DNA from: Octopus bimaculoides
Lineage: Eukaryota
Assembly: GCF_001194135.2 (NCBI RefSeq)
Contig: NC_068982.1
Span: forward strand, 4,548,663-4,612,662
Direction of reading: 5' to 3'
Length of the DNA: 64,000 bases
Positions within the stretch are counted from its first letter, which is position 1. Every line of letters begins with the position of its first letter. Positions 35,001 through 48,294 of the stretch are shown here, in pieces. The notes under the pieces were generated by a model that was given only the letters and a program-made list of their open reading frames with translations, made no database searches and was not told the DNA's origin. The translations under genes were made by a program, and so were the position numbers.

Positions 35001-35878
35001 AGTAAATCGACTGAATCAACTGTCCTATCACAACCATGTAATGGAATCACCAAAAATTACCGTAAAACAGCAGTGCAATTTGTTTCATTGTCCTTCATTA
35101 GCCATACAAACAAAAAATATGCTATATAATTCATCTCGTCAAATGAAACCAGCAGAAATAAGGACTGGGAAACTGGCTGGGCTGCAAGAAATGAGAAACA
35201 GCGTTTAGCAAATTCGTGAAAATATTTTAGCAGAAGAAAGTAAGAACAAAACCAGTCGGGTCTTTGCCTGAACTTCATTGATGCAAGAAAAAGAATTTGA
35301 GTGTCTGTGAATAAAAGAGGTATATAACGTATCTCGAGAAAATATAACATCAGCCTAGCAATGTTATTACGACGCTATATCATCATACAAAATGTTGAGC
35401 TTGGGTGAAAAACACAGCAAGTAATTACTAAAAACATTTGGCATCAAACAAGTCAAGCTCCTTCGTGAATCCATTTCAGTGTGTTTTATATAATAAATAA
35501 TGAGAGAAGCATTTTAATTATTTGAAGGCTAATTTAGTAATTTCTCGTTTGCAAGTTATATTGATTTCGTATGTCACGTTGTTCTGTTCCCGTGGTTTTG
35601 TTCGTGATGCCAAGGAGGAGTGAATAAATGAGAATTTATAAACAGACAATGATATTTTGATCTATAATGTACTGATCGCCGAATTTTATCGTTTACCTGA
35701 ATAATAAATTGTTGTTAAGCAGGTAAATGTGAACTATAAAACAAATGAGACTCTTGGTCAAGGATAGTTTCGTTCATGTTTCATACCGGAGGTACCAGAC
35801 CTGTCACTTAGTCATATGTGACTCTATGCGAACGATTGTATGAGTGGCACAGATAAAGTGACCAACATTTCTGTATAA

Positions 35879-36000
35879 CAGTGTTTCTTAACCATTTCCT
35901 ACCTATGGATCACCTTTGATTTCCATTTTACTTGGTTCGATCCTCAGACACATTCAATACTTTCAAAAATCCTATGATATTTTTATGATTAAATATTAAT
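35879..36000 (+). mobile_element. Left end of hAT-type MITE (same family as 57220)
   Basis: cagtgtttcttaaccattt...ctatggatcacctttgattt parallels 57220-57290. Confidence 0.55.
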
Positions 36001-36049
36001 TATTAGCAATTGTATTAAAAAAGATTATCAAAATATTTTGTGTATCTTC

Positions 36050-36229
36050 TATCTTGTTTCAGTCATTAGACTATGGCCATAGTCGAACTATGAGCTCCCG
36101 TACTCTGTTTCTTTTTAACCCTATTACCTATTCTATCAGTCTCTTTTGCCGAAACGCTAAGTTAGGGGTATGTAAACATACTGACATCGGTTGTTAAGCG
36201 GTGGTGGGAGATAAAGCCGATACAAAGGT

Positions 36230-36262
<33 letters not shown>

Positions 36263-36415
36263 CACGACGAGCTTCTTTCAATTTCCGTCTACCAAAATCA
36301 CTTACAACGCTTGGGTCTTCTATAGTAAAAGTCACTTGCCCAAGGTGCCACTCAGTGGGAATGAACCCGGAACCATGTGGCCGGGAAGCAAGCTTCTTAT
36401 CACACAGTCACGGTT
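36050..36415 (-). mobile_element. SINE family A
   Basis: Both halves in reverse orientation around (CA)n(TA)n. Confidence 0.88.
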
Positions 36416-37089
36416 GCGTTTTATAAAAGTACAACCAATTAACAAAATCCTATATGGACTCCCAAGAGTTATATGGACTTCGGTTGAAAACCAACGATAT
36501 ACACCTTCAAATGCAACTTCTAAAAATAGATTAGAATCACTTTGAATATATTATCACTCAAATAATGGTTTCCTTCAATTTTTATCCCAGAATTGTACAT
36601 TATACTGGAAGAGATAAATAGGAGGTCGTGACAGTTGTGTATGTCTGATTTAATTTCAATAAGGAAATGGAAGGAATTAATGTAGCATCAAAATCAGAAA
36701 ATTCAACTTTGTTGCTGATTTACTTTGATCGAGTAAACTATTAAAAAAGGCTTAAAATATTCCAACCACAACTAAGCTATATCTAGAAGTAAATCATTCC
36801 ATCTATCTTTCACGTTTTTAGACAATAGGGTGTGGTGTAAAGATTTGGTTGCTATTTGTTGAAGGTAAACGTACGATGTACGGTTTCCAATTCATTCACC
36901 ACAAAAATTAAATCATATATTGACAAAAGCAAGTTTCACTTTGGCCACGAAAATGTGTGAAGTATTCGATATTTTGTTCTCACGAAACGCTACTACAAAT
37001 ACAGTTAAGCTTTATTTTAATCTGTCTTGTGGTGTTCACTAATTATTCTGAAGTGTTTTCTCGTTACACAGGAAAATGGTAAGAACGTT

Positions 37090-38406
37090 TTATGCATTTT
37101 CTCTGGTCATAATAATCAGTACTTAATGTTTTATGTATTGGAATTTGTGTGACCAATTTAATTTTATTGGAGCTTAAAATTAAATGAAATTTAATAGTAT
37201 TTTAGAATGTTTAATAGAATTTTAAATTATTTTTATGCATTTGTGTACATTTAAACTAATTAAATATTATTTTACAGAATAATAGAATTAAAATTTCTTT
37301 GATTAAAACCCTTTCTAACTTGGAAGTATCGAAAGAGCATTTGAGGTACATAATACTTTATGAGTACAAAAAAGGAAACTCTGCATCCAAAGAGACTCGA
37401 AACATACACTCATTTTATGGGAAAGAATGCTTGAATGAAAGAACTTGCAGAAGATGGTTTGCAAAATTCAGAAGTGGAGATTTCAACCTTGAAGATGAAG
37501 ATCGAACAGGACGTCCAGTTGAGTTTGATGATAAGCTCCTTGAGGTATTACTTGAAGAAAATCCTGCATTATCAGTTGAAGAATTGGCAATAAAGCTTAG
37601 TTCAAACCATACAACTGTTCATCGTCATCTTCAACAATTTGAAAAGGTTCCTAAACTTGGAAAATGGGTGCCTCATAAATTGTCCGAAAGGAATCGCAAA
37701 TCCCGAATTGACATCTGCTCTTCTCTCCATTCTCGCGAACTCATTTCACCCTTTCTGGATAGACTTGTGACTGGTGACGAAAAATGGGTCTTCTATCGAA
37801 ATGTTAAATGTCGTAAACAGTGGCTTGGTAAAAGGGAAAAAGCTCAACCACAACCAAGAAGGGAACTTCATGGGAAAAAGGTTCTTCTCTCTATCTGGGT
37901 GGTATTGTAAAGAAGTAATTCACTTTGAATTGTTACCACCTAATGCAACAATCAATGCCCAAGTCTACTGTCAGTAATTAGAGCGTTTCAACCAAGCTTT
38001 GAAGAAAAATAGACCCGTTTTAGTGAATCGAAAAAGAGTGATGTTTCATCAGGACAATGCACGATCCTACGCTGTAAAGATCACATCACAGAAGATCGAA
38101 GAAATTGGTAGGGAAAAAATTCCTCATCCCCCATATTCTCCCGACCTTGCTCCTTCAGACTACCATTTGTTTCGTAGTTTACAAAATCATTTGGGGGACA
38201 TAACTTTCGCAAGTCAGGAGAAGGTCGAAACTGACATTTCAGAGTTCTTCGCTTTGAAAGCAAAAGAGTTTTACATTGACGGGATTAAAAAGCTTGTAAA
38301 TAGATGGAAGGAAGTCATAGATAAATAGGGAAAGTACATTGATGATTAAATTTCAATTAAATATAACATTTGATCACTTGTTTTCTTTATTCAAAATTCG
38401 GACAGA
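37090..38406 (+). mobile_element. Mariner element body; right end broken by SINE fragment, left TIR not identified
   Basis: Transposase plus flanking UTRs; sequence stops at aaaattcggacagaac where a SINE A head begins. Confidence 0.75.
37320..38349 (+). pseudogene. Mariner (DD34D) transposase pseudogene
   Basis: HTH region, WVPHKLS, VTGDEKW, MFHQDNA, HPPYSPDLAPSDYHLF. Probable start ATG>TTG at 37320, frameshift near 37895 (SIW), stops at about 37975 and 38326-38328; natural end GKYIDD* at 38349. Confidence 0.97.
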
Positions 38407-38490
38407 ACACTTGCCCAAAGTGCCACGCGGTGGGACTGAACTCGGAACCATGTCGTTGGGAAGCAAACTTCTTACCACACAGTCACACCT
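38407..38490 (-). mobile_element. SINE family A head fragment
   Basis: acacttgcccaaagtgccacgcggtgggactgaactcggaaccatg...cttaccacacagtcacacctg. Confidence 0.9.
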
Positions 38491-40149
38491 GAAAAATTTC
38501 AGAAAATGTTTTAATCTTGAAAAATATTAATGTATAAAATGTTGGAGACCTTTTCTTTTGACAGTGTCACTTTATCTGCACCACACAGTGTAGTTGTTAA
38601 CAGATCTCCAAACAATTGTACATGAGCAAATTGATAAGTTCGGAATAACAGCTGTTTTATGCAACGACTGACGTTAAGATTTATTGGCCGTCATTGAGAT
38701 AGCTATTTGATTTAGAAACCGTAATTGCGTAAGGGTGAATGACAGAGTGTTGTCAGAAAGTCTCAGCTTAATTCTCGTAGCAATACCATGTTTTGCAAAA
38801 TATTAACTTACAGCAACAATGTTGTTTTAAATCGTTGGTTCATTCAAAAATGTTATTCGAAGTATTGTTATATTGCAAAGCCCATTGGTTCTATTTTAAC
38901 GACAACAAAGTTATGGATGGAATTACACTAAGTTACATCTGTTTAGGAACTTCACTGGACAATTGTCTTTCGATAGTTAATACCTGCGCACTTGTACAGA
39001 CTTAACTTTAGAAGAACTTCAATGTTCATTTGATCACTCATAGCCATCAAAAATATTTAAGTATTGAGCAACGGTAAGACGGTCTTATTTTTCCCAAGTC
39101 ACGTACCTTTCTTTCCTTCATGCACAGTACTTTCGGATTATGTAATTTAATTTCATTACTTAGACTTCGAGAAATTCATGCGAGGATCCTCATTACTGTT
39201 CACCGATTGCTGTTGTTTGGTATTGTTTTTTTTTGTTTTTTTTAGCTTTTCCCCTAGGAATTGTTTATTAGTTTTTCCTCCATACAATAATTTCTGCTAC
39301 TCTCTTTAGGATTTCCCAGTAGACTCATCTTTGATTTTTGCTTCAATTTTCTGTCACCGTTGTTGTTTTTGTCAATAATGTCTTCGTTCCTGTCTCGCTA
39401 ATTTTTTCTGTCGAATATTCTTTCCTGATTTCTATCCATATTATATATAGATATACAAAGATTAATAATAACTAATTATATTTGTGATAAGCATGTTAGA
39501 ACAAAATTGTCTGCTACGTCTGCTGTGATCTAGATATATCTACTGCCATAAAAGCAGTTTCTTGCGAAGTAGTGAAAAAACAATTCAAAAAAGTTGTCTT
39601 CATCTATAACCTGTCGGTAATGGTGTTATTGGTGCAAGTTCTCGTCAGTCAGATACAATAACGGCTCCACAACAACATGTGGAGTGGTAGACATGGGTTA
39701 GAGATTAGTTGTAGACAATCTTTGGTACCCAGCCATTATCGTATCAACGAATAATAAAAACTATAACCACATGAGCATAAGGAGCAGGTGATAAATTTGT
39801 TGAGGTCAATGTGTAACCTTTACACACTTTGCCAATATTTACATTAAACATAAACTAGACAGGGCTAGAAGCGCTGTGTCCTCATCTGTAGATGTCCTTC
39901 AGCATTTTGCTAGTATCCGTAAGTTTGCAACGGAATAATAAGCAGATGTTTGTCACATCACACCATTTATTCGGTTTTTAGACACCTTTTGCTGTCCTTA
40001 CACACACACACGCACACACACACGTAATGCACACTCACACACCTACACACATACATGCAGATGTACATACATGCAGATGTACATACATGCAGATGTACAT
40101 ACATGCATACATAAATATATTTGCAAGTAACATACAGATACAAATACTA

Positions 40150-40570
40150 CCAGTTGGAAGCTCCATATGCCAGATACCAGGAAGCTTATGGGGTCATCAG
40201 GAGGGAATGCGCGCCGTTTCGGGGCCTTCCTCTCGATGGCGTTATTGTGCACCGGCGCAACTCACTGACAGCACGCCCCCCCTTGCAATATCAACTGGTT
40301 ACTAGACATCATTCAATATTTGTCTAGCCATTACCGATCGTCTTTTTTCAAACAAATCCAATGGGTTGTCTTTCTCATTGCAGCCTGGATATCGCTCACC
40401 ATGGTATTTGCTTTACGTTGAGTCACGCTTAGCGACAGCAACCATTGCTTTATACTGCTTCCAATGAATTCTCTACATAGAACTTCGATTGGGGAGTCAT
40501 ACACCGACCAAGTTTCGCACGTATATTCAATATAAGGAATTACCCTGCTGTATGATAGCATATGGCAGCT
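40150..40570 (-). mobile_element. HERO/NeSL-like (RLE-type) LINE 3' end
   Basis: PIEVLCREFIGSSIKQWLLSLS...AAMRKTTHWICLKK resembles the PxEVGCRGF...AExASxWIW C-terminus; followed by a GC-rich 3' UTR. Confidence 0.6.
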
Positions 40571-40679
40571 GATAATCGTTTAGGAGCTTTAAAATGCACG
40601 TTATGAGGCTATTACCCATATGATATTGAGTACAAGCACACATGCACACACACGCACGCAGACACACACAAACACACAC

Positions 40680-40768
<89 letters not shown>

Positions 40769-40820
40769 TGTGTGTGTGCTAGAGAGAGAGAGAGAAAGGG
40801 AGAGAGAGAGAGAGGAAGAG
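40680..40820. repeat. (TA)n, (TG)n, (GA)n microsatellite block
   Basis: Direct reading. Confidence 0.95.
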
Positions 40821-42599
40821 AGAGACTTAGGTAAAGAGAGCGTACCCGTAGAACGTGCCATTACTGCTCAAAAATTACAGATTTCGAGTACGTGGACGAA
40901 GCGCAATATCCATGATATTTTGCAGCGCAACCATTCCGATGTAAATAAAGAGATTGATAAAACAATGACCAAACTTCAATATCTGTAGGTCAATATGATA
41001 GGAACAAAGACAGGGATAAAAGAAAACAGTGGTGGGTACTGAAATCTATCTACAGCCTGAACGTTAGCCTCAACAGTTTCAGGTTATCACAGGAAGAAAA
41101 CGAAAACACTTAATGATTCAAACTAGTTCCAATCTATAAATTGTCTCAAGTGATATGTATTCTCTTAACATGAACTTTCAGAGTTTACATCGTCAAATTC
41201 TTGATGCTATTGTTTAGCACAAGGTAATCTGTAATTGAGTTGACCAATCACCAAAGGCGTTCAAGATGTGGCCATTGCGTACTCTTCAGTATCAGGAATT
41301 ATATTATTTAATGTATTCTTTATTTAAGATGATAAGGTGGCAGTCAGGAGATGTGGGCTCCCCTACCTGTCCCTGTTTACTTTTGATTACGTTGAAGCGT
41401 CTCGTATTTATATCACATGTGCAATTTTTATACAAGTGTAGCTTGCATTAAAGGCAGTTATCAACGGTTTAATAGATAGAGAATTATATTCTCTGATTAC
41501 ACATGTAATCCATTTAAATTTCAAATTGAAATACGTTTAATATTACATTGATTTTTAATTTTCAGAGTAATGCATAAGTATTATTCTAAAATATTTTGAT
41601 TTCATATTTCTCTTTATTTTGCAACGTAATAGAAATAATCGCATACAAAATTATAGTTTATTGGTTACGTGTGAAATGTAATTAGACAGAAATAAAAATC
41701 GTAGAGACACACACTCTTATCATTATATTATCGAAGACACTTCCTCATTAAATTATATTTTTCTGTCAGTTATTATCTATCATGATTTCTGAAGCAGTAT
41801 GTCAAAAGCGATGGCTGCTTGCGTTATGGACCATAACATGGATTACAAATAATTTTTGGTGTAAAGGAGTGTTTGGTATGGCAAACATTACAATCCTCGT
41901 AAACGAGCTTAAAGGATATGTATATATATATATATATNNNNNNNNNNNNNNNNNNNNNNNNNNNNNNNNNNNNNNNNNNNNNNNNNNNNNNNNNNNNNNN
42001 NNNNNNNNNNNNNNNNNNNNNNNNNNNNNNNNNNNNNNNNNNNNNNNNNNNNNNNNNNNNNNNNNNNNNNNNNNNNNNNNNNNNNNNNNNNNNNNTATAT
42101 ATATGAGTGAGTGCGTATGTGGATGTGAAAATGAAAATGAGCTCAGACAAATAATTCAGAAAGGCCTGTGGAATGTAGTTATACAAGAAAGACTAATAAT
42201 GGTATATTAAATAACATAAAAAATATAAGAAATTATTATTTTTTTACTGAAAATCTTCAATTCCAAAGGGTTCGGCCAGTCTCTGGGTGGCAAATGAAAC
42301 TCCAATTTAGAAGAGTAGATAATCTTTAGATTTAAAATCTAAAATCTTAAATCTTCATAAAGGAAAAGATTGTCTGATTGCTTGAAGATACGCGAACAGT
42401 ATTTTTACGTGTTTGCACCCCTACAGACGTCATTAGCACAGCTATAACCTATCTTATATTTAACAGGCGAGAAACTTAAACATATCCAAAACCACTGGGA
42501 TACAATCATGGCCTTAGTAATTTTCCTGAATGAAACAAAAGTGAACTAAAACAAATAGCTCGGAGTGGTGAGTGGTAGAAATATATATGTAAATGAAGT

Positions 42600-42770
42600 A
42601 TAGTCCTATAGTTTAGAATTTCGCTTCGTTACTGCAAAATCTTGGATTCAATCCCAGTAGGTACTTCTTGGGCAAATATCACTTTCCTTAGCCGTGGATC
42701 GGCCCATGCATAGCGTGTGAAGTTTATTAATAGTAACTGTATAGGACTGCAACTGGTGTATTGTGTTATC
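42600..42770 (+). mobile_element. Very diverged SINE family A head
   Basis: ggattcaatcccagtagg...ttgggcaaatatc...ggatcggcccatgcatagcgtgtga. Confidence 0.5.
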
Positions 42771-43764
42771 TATACTAACGAATTAAACTTGTTTACTCAT
42801 TCTTTTTGCTGTGCATGATGATAATTTAAGTAGATTAAATGGATTTTATTTCCCTGGATTCGCTTTTCTTACTGGAGCACGTATTGAAACTTTTAACGGT
42901 GTCTGTTCAATACAGTGCTGAGTGTATTAGCATTTATTTTTATGGAAGCATATACATATCTCTAATAGGGTTCTTTATTAGAGAATCACAGGGTATCAAG
43001 TTATACATGTTATTGGGTCTTAATTTTTCAAATCTTTTATGTTGCGAAATTTGTATGAATAAGTATGGTCCCCATGAATTTCACATCCTCTTGACTATAT
43101 AAATAACAGAACACAACAGCAAAAATATAAAAATTGTGTAAAGTTAGCAAAGATGTTATATCCAAAAGTTTAGAATGATACAAAAACAATTTATAGCAAT
43201 AATAACTTTCTTCGTAAACATTCTATAGACTCAATGTAATAACTACTTTATATTAATCTTGAAAATACTCGTGACTGAAATAAATAGATGTCGCGCTTTT
43301 GAATACCAAACTTTTAATTTATTGTCGAAAAAATATTTAATGTAAAAGAAATAAAATGGAGAAAAAACTGATGTTTATAAATATATTTATAAGTGTTCTT
43401 TTGAGACGCAAATTTCTTTTATAATATAATTAATATTTAATGTTTTCCTTCCATAATATTACATATCGATTATATTGATCCATAATCCTACATTCAGTTT
43501 ATTGCAGCAGAATATTTATTTTATTCATATCGAAATTTGCGCCTCCAATCCATCTAACAGGAATATATTCTGAGGAAGAAATAGAAAAAAAAAATGTTTC
43601 TACAACAAGGTAACAAAATACACGAATATTTTATATGGAAAGTAAAAGCAGATGGATGTTCGTAGCCAATGCAATATTCAATATTTCGAGCTTATTTTGT
43701 CAAGAAACATTAAGATTCTAAAGGCTGCTGAAAATTTCGCATCGCTTCTAACCATGTGATGATG

Positions 43765-43821
<57 letters not shown>

Positions 43822-43826
43822 GTAAT

Positions 43827-44006
43827 GACATAGAGAATAGGAAGCCAGACATAGTCTTAATCGAGAAAGAAAACAAACTATGCTAGATCATAAATATAGC
43901 ATGCCCAACTGACAACAAGGTATACGATAAGGAAGAAAGAAAAGTTGAGAGATATGACAGGTTAGCTTGGGAAGTTAAGCAGTTGTGGTCGCTGTAAAAG
44001 ATGGTA
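43827..44006 (+). mobile_element. R4/Dong-clade LINE, restriction-like endonuclease fragment behind (AAT)n
   Basis: ENRKPDIVLIEKENKLC*IINIACPTDNKVYDKEERKVERYDRLAWEVKQLW: RKPD...D/N...KExxKxxKY catalytic pattern; runs into gap. Confidence 0.9.
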
Positions 44007-44232
44007 NNNNNNNNNNNNNNNNNNNNNNNNNNNNNNNNNNNNNNNNNNNNNNNNNNNNNNNNNNNNNNNNNNNNNNNNNNNNNNNNNNNNNNNNNNNNNN
44101 NNNNNNNNNNNNNNNNNNNNNNNNNNNNNNNNNNNNNNNNNNNNNNNNNNNNNNNNNNNNNNNNNNNNNNNNNNNNNNNNNNNNNNNNNNNNNNNNNNNN
44201 NNNNNNNNNNNNNNNNNNNNNNNNNNNNNNNN

Positions 44233-44380
<148 letters not shown>

Positions 44381-45735
44381 AGCTGGCTGAAAACTTCAAC
44401 GACATACTAGCAGAGCCAGAGACAATGCCTGAATGGTTCACGAAAGGGAAAACTATCCTAATTCCCAAATCCACTAAAACGGCAAAGCCACAAAACTGCA
44501 CACCTATAACCTGTCTCTCTACAATTTACAAAGCCTTTACTGCAATAATATCGCAGAGATTGAGTAAGCACCTGGAAAATAACAATCTGTTTCCAGAAGA
44601 GCAGAATGGACGCTGCAAGGGCTGATACGGCTTTAAATATCAACTAATGATCAATAAAGTCATAACTGAAGACAGCCGCAGAAAGAAGAAAGGCCTCAGT
44701 ATGGCCTGGATCGACTACCGAAAGGCTTTTGATAATATTCCTCACACGTGGATCCTCGAAACACCAGCCATGAACAAGGTAGCACCAATAATTATAAAAT
44801 AAATAAGACACTCTATGAATAAATGGGAGACAGTGCTACAGCTCCAAACAAAAGAGGGACTCGTGGAAACGAAAGCCATCCCCATTAGAAGAGGAATATT
44901 CCAGTATTCCAGGGAGACACGCTCTCTCAACTCCTTTTCTGCTTGGCACCGAGACCGTTATCTGATATGCTAAATAGAACTGGATGCGGATACAAATGTT
45001 ACGACAAAACAATCAGCCGCCTCTTATATATGGATGACCTAAAACTATACACTACAAATGATAAACAACTGGAAACGCTACAGACAGTACAAGGATTTAT
45101 CAAAGAAATCGATATGAAATTTGTCTTAGAAAAATGTGCCAAAGCAACCTTGAAAAGAGGAAAACTAGTTAAGAGTAGCAACATCACACTAGATAAAGCC
45201 AATGAAATAAGAGAATTAGACCAAAGCTAGACATACAAATATTTAGGAATAAATGAACTAAATGCGATACAACACACGAATGAACGAGAAAATAAAGAAA
45301 GTTAGATCAATACTGAAAACAGAGCTCAATGCTAAAAACAAGATAATGGGTATTAAAACTTTAGCCGTCCCAGTTATATGTTACAGCTACAATATCCTTA
45401 ACTGGACACTAAACGAACTAACCAGCATAGACAGGAAAACAAGAAAAATAATGACAGGATCTAGGATGCACCACCCAAAATCTGACATAGAAAGGCTATA
45501 TATACAACGTAGAGGCCTTATACAGCTGGAAGACTAATATAAAATAACCACCATAGGACTGCAAAAATACCTACTCCAGAAGCAAGGAAAACTAATACAA
45601 ATAGCCACAAAACACGAGCAAAACAAAAGAACTGAAACTTATTTAATAATGATCCCTGGCTTACCATCCATGCAGGAAGTACAAAAGATTGTCTTAACTG
45701 TTACGTCACACGCATCAAGAAAAGCGTTGTCGCTG
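44381..45735 (+). mobile_element. R4/Dong-clade LINE reverse-transcriptase pseudogene with internal deletion to its C-terminus
   Basis: PEWFTKGKTILIPK, PITCLSTIYK, MAWIDYRKAFDNIPH, RGIFQ..GDTLS, LLYMDDLKLY, YKYLGI, NKIMGIKTLAVPV, SDIERLYIQRRGLIQLE; then jumps to VQKIVLTVTSHASRKALS (about 45665-45735). Confidence 0.93.
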
Positions 45736-45764
45736 CGGATTTTCTATCCTTTTCTCTTTTATTT

Positions 45765-45900
45765 TCTTTACTTGCTTCAGTCATTTGACCATGGTCATGC
45801 TGGAGCACCGCCTTAAAAGGATTTTAGTCGAAGAAATCGACCTGAGGACTTATTCTTTGTAAGCTTACTACTTACTCCAGCATCGGTTGTCAAGCGATGG
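45765..45900 (-). mobile_element. SINE family A, 3' part
   Basis: tttacttgcttcagtcatttgaccatggtcatgctggagcaccgcc. Confidence 0.85.
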
Positions 45901-46107
45901 CGGGGGGGGGGGGCAATTAAAAAAAATTATGTTTCCCCTTTTCTCTCTGTATTTCTTCCTCTTTTTCTTTATCGCATGACTTTGTAAATGAACAATGCAG
46001 TGTGTTTATTTTAATGGCCTGCTAATGTATACAGTGAGTTTCTCTGCCTTAGGTGTCAGGAAGACACTCGGCAAGAAATGGATACAGAACTGAAAGACGT
46101 TAATGGT

Positions 46108-46112
<5 letters not shown>

Positions 46113-46164
<52 letters not shown>

Positions 46165-46190
46165 TAATAATAACAATAATAATGAATATA
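46113..46190. repeat. (AAT)n microsatellite
   Basis: Direct reading. Confidence 0.95.
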
Positions 46191-47529
46191 ATAATAGTAT
46201 TTGTATATAGATTAAGGGAAAACAATATGAATATGATGCTAGTTATGACATTCCAGTCGCCTCAGAATCATTAGGATTAGCATACTACCATCACTGCCTA
46301 AAAATTCAAATAACAATAACAAAAATACTAGCAATGATATTAGTAATAAAATATTAACAAAAGTAAGAACGACAGAAATAATAATGATGATGATGATGAT
46401 GATGATGATAATGAAAAGTTATATTATTATTATGAAACAATACTACACCATATTAGATGCAAGTATGTTTGTTTAAAGAATTCATGCATTTCTAGAAAAT
46501 ATGTTTAGTGATAAAGAAATGGTAATAAGATTTCATAGATGATAAAAAGGAAAGAAAATGTTTATCTATGATATTTGGTTGCACATTATATTTCTAACGA
46601 CTGTAGTTAACTAAAAACATATCGATTGGTAGAATGGCTTACAGTAAAAAAAGATGAAGATGTTTTTTCTTTACAAACAGGTTATGGTGCTAAAAATATT
46701 CTATCTCCATGGATGGATTTTTTTTTTACCAACCTTTCAAAATACATTGATTATAACAGGTTCTCAAGAATTTCTTTAAAATTAGCCTGACAAAATGTAT
46801 TGATCTGTACTCTTTAGCTGATCAGAAATACATCTGCGGTTCAGCAACATCTCTCTTTTCGAATTTTGCATTTAAGTACGAAATAATAACGTATCAATTT
46901 TCATGTCATTCATAATATTAATTTTGATCTTCCTGTGCTAAATTGATACAATGCACTTATTGCACAAAAACCTACAGTGACCACTTCAAAATTTTGAACA
47001 CTGCCATCAGATAATAGATTCTAAGTAGGATACTAAAGGATATCGAACATTACTTAACAAACGTTGCTTTCAAAGGTCATAAATGAATTCTAAAAAGACA
47101 ATTTCTAAATTGATCCCGGATTGCTGCAAGTTTTTGATCTTTACAATATGAGGTCAATGTTTAAAATAGTCCATTTCTTCTGGTTGTTAAAAACACTTTA
47201 TCAGAATTTTCTCGTATAATGCTTTGCAGCACGAATTGTATTAAAGGAGGAAATATCAAGAGGAAGTTGAACGAATAAAGATTCTATTTCGCTTTTAGAA
47301 TCATAAATATACACTTTCAGGAGTTCTTTTTGTGTTCTGATGCACTTACATCAAATGTTGTCTTGCTTCACAAACGATAGAGATACTTATCTTTCGGATG
47401 CTGCATGTAGCTATATTTTTCTTTGGAATATGGCTTTAAAATATCACATACTCTTCAGACTCTATCTAAAGCTACCTTTCACGTGTTACAGGACCATCGA
47501 GATATTCTGATTCATTTCGTCACCACGGC

Positions 47530-47890
47530 TCATTTATCTTTTACTTGTTTCAGTCATGAAACTGCGGCCATGCTGGGGTAATGCCTTGAAGAATTTTAGT
47601 CTAGCGAATCGACCCCAGTATTTAATTTTCAAACCTGGTACTTATTCCACCACTAAATTACGAGGACGCAAACACACCAATACCGGTTGCCATGCGGTGG
47701 TGGGGGACAAACACAGACACAAAGAAACGCACACATACTCACACACACAAACACATACATAGGACGGGCTTCTTTCAGTTTCCATCTATCAAATTAATTT
47801 ACAAGGCTTTGGCCGGCCCAAGGCTAGTAGAAGACACTTGTCCAAGTGAGACTGAACTATGTAGTTAGGAGAAAACGTCTTACCACACAT
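47530..47890 (-). mobile_element. Diverged SINE family A
   Basis: tttacttgtttcagtcat...gacgggcttctttcagtttcc...gaagacacttgtccaag. Confidence 0.85.
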
Positions 47891-48256
47891 GCTAATTTGT
47901 GATTTATTTTAAGAGCAAATAAATTAACGCTACGCTACCTTCTGGCCGTTTTGTCACCGCAATCAAATTACTTTTATCAACACTTCACGGCGACAAAACA
48001 TTTCTCAAACTTTCCACACAGTCACAGCATAGAACGAATTATTCCTATTTCTTGTCAGAGTTAACGAGCATACATTAAATTTCTACAAGTATATTTGTTT
48101 GTCCCATGAATTATAAGAGGTATTTCTTTGTTCCATTAATAACAGGTCAAATTAGTAGACAGGCAATAGCAGAAGTGCATTGAATCGATGTAATTATACA
48201 CACAGACAATCGTACACAGATACACGACGCACACACACATACATACACACACACAT

Positions 48257-48294
<38 letters not shown>

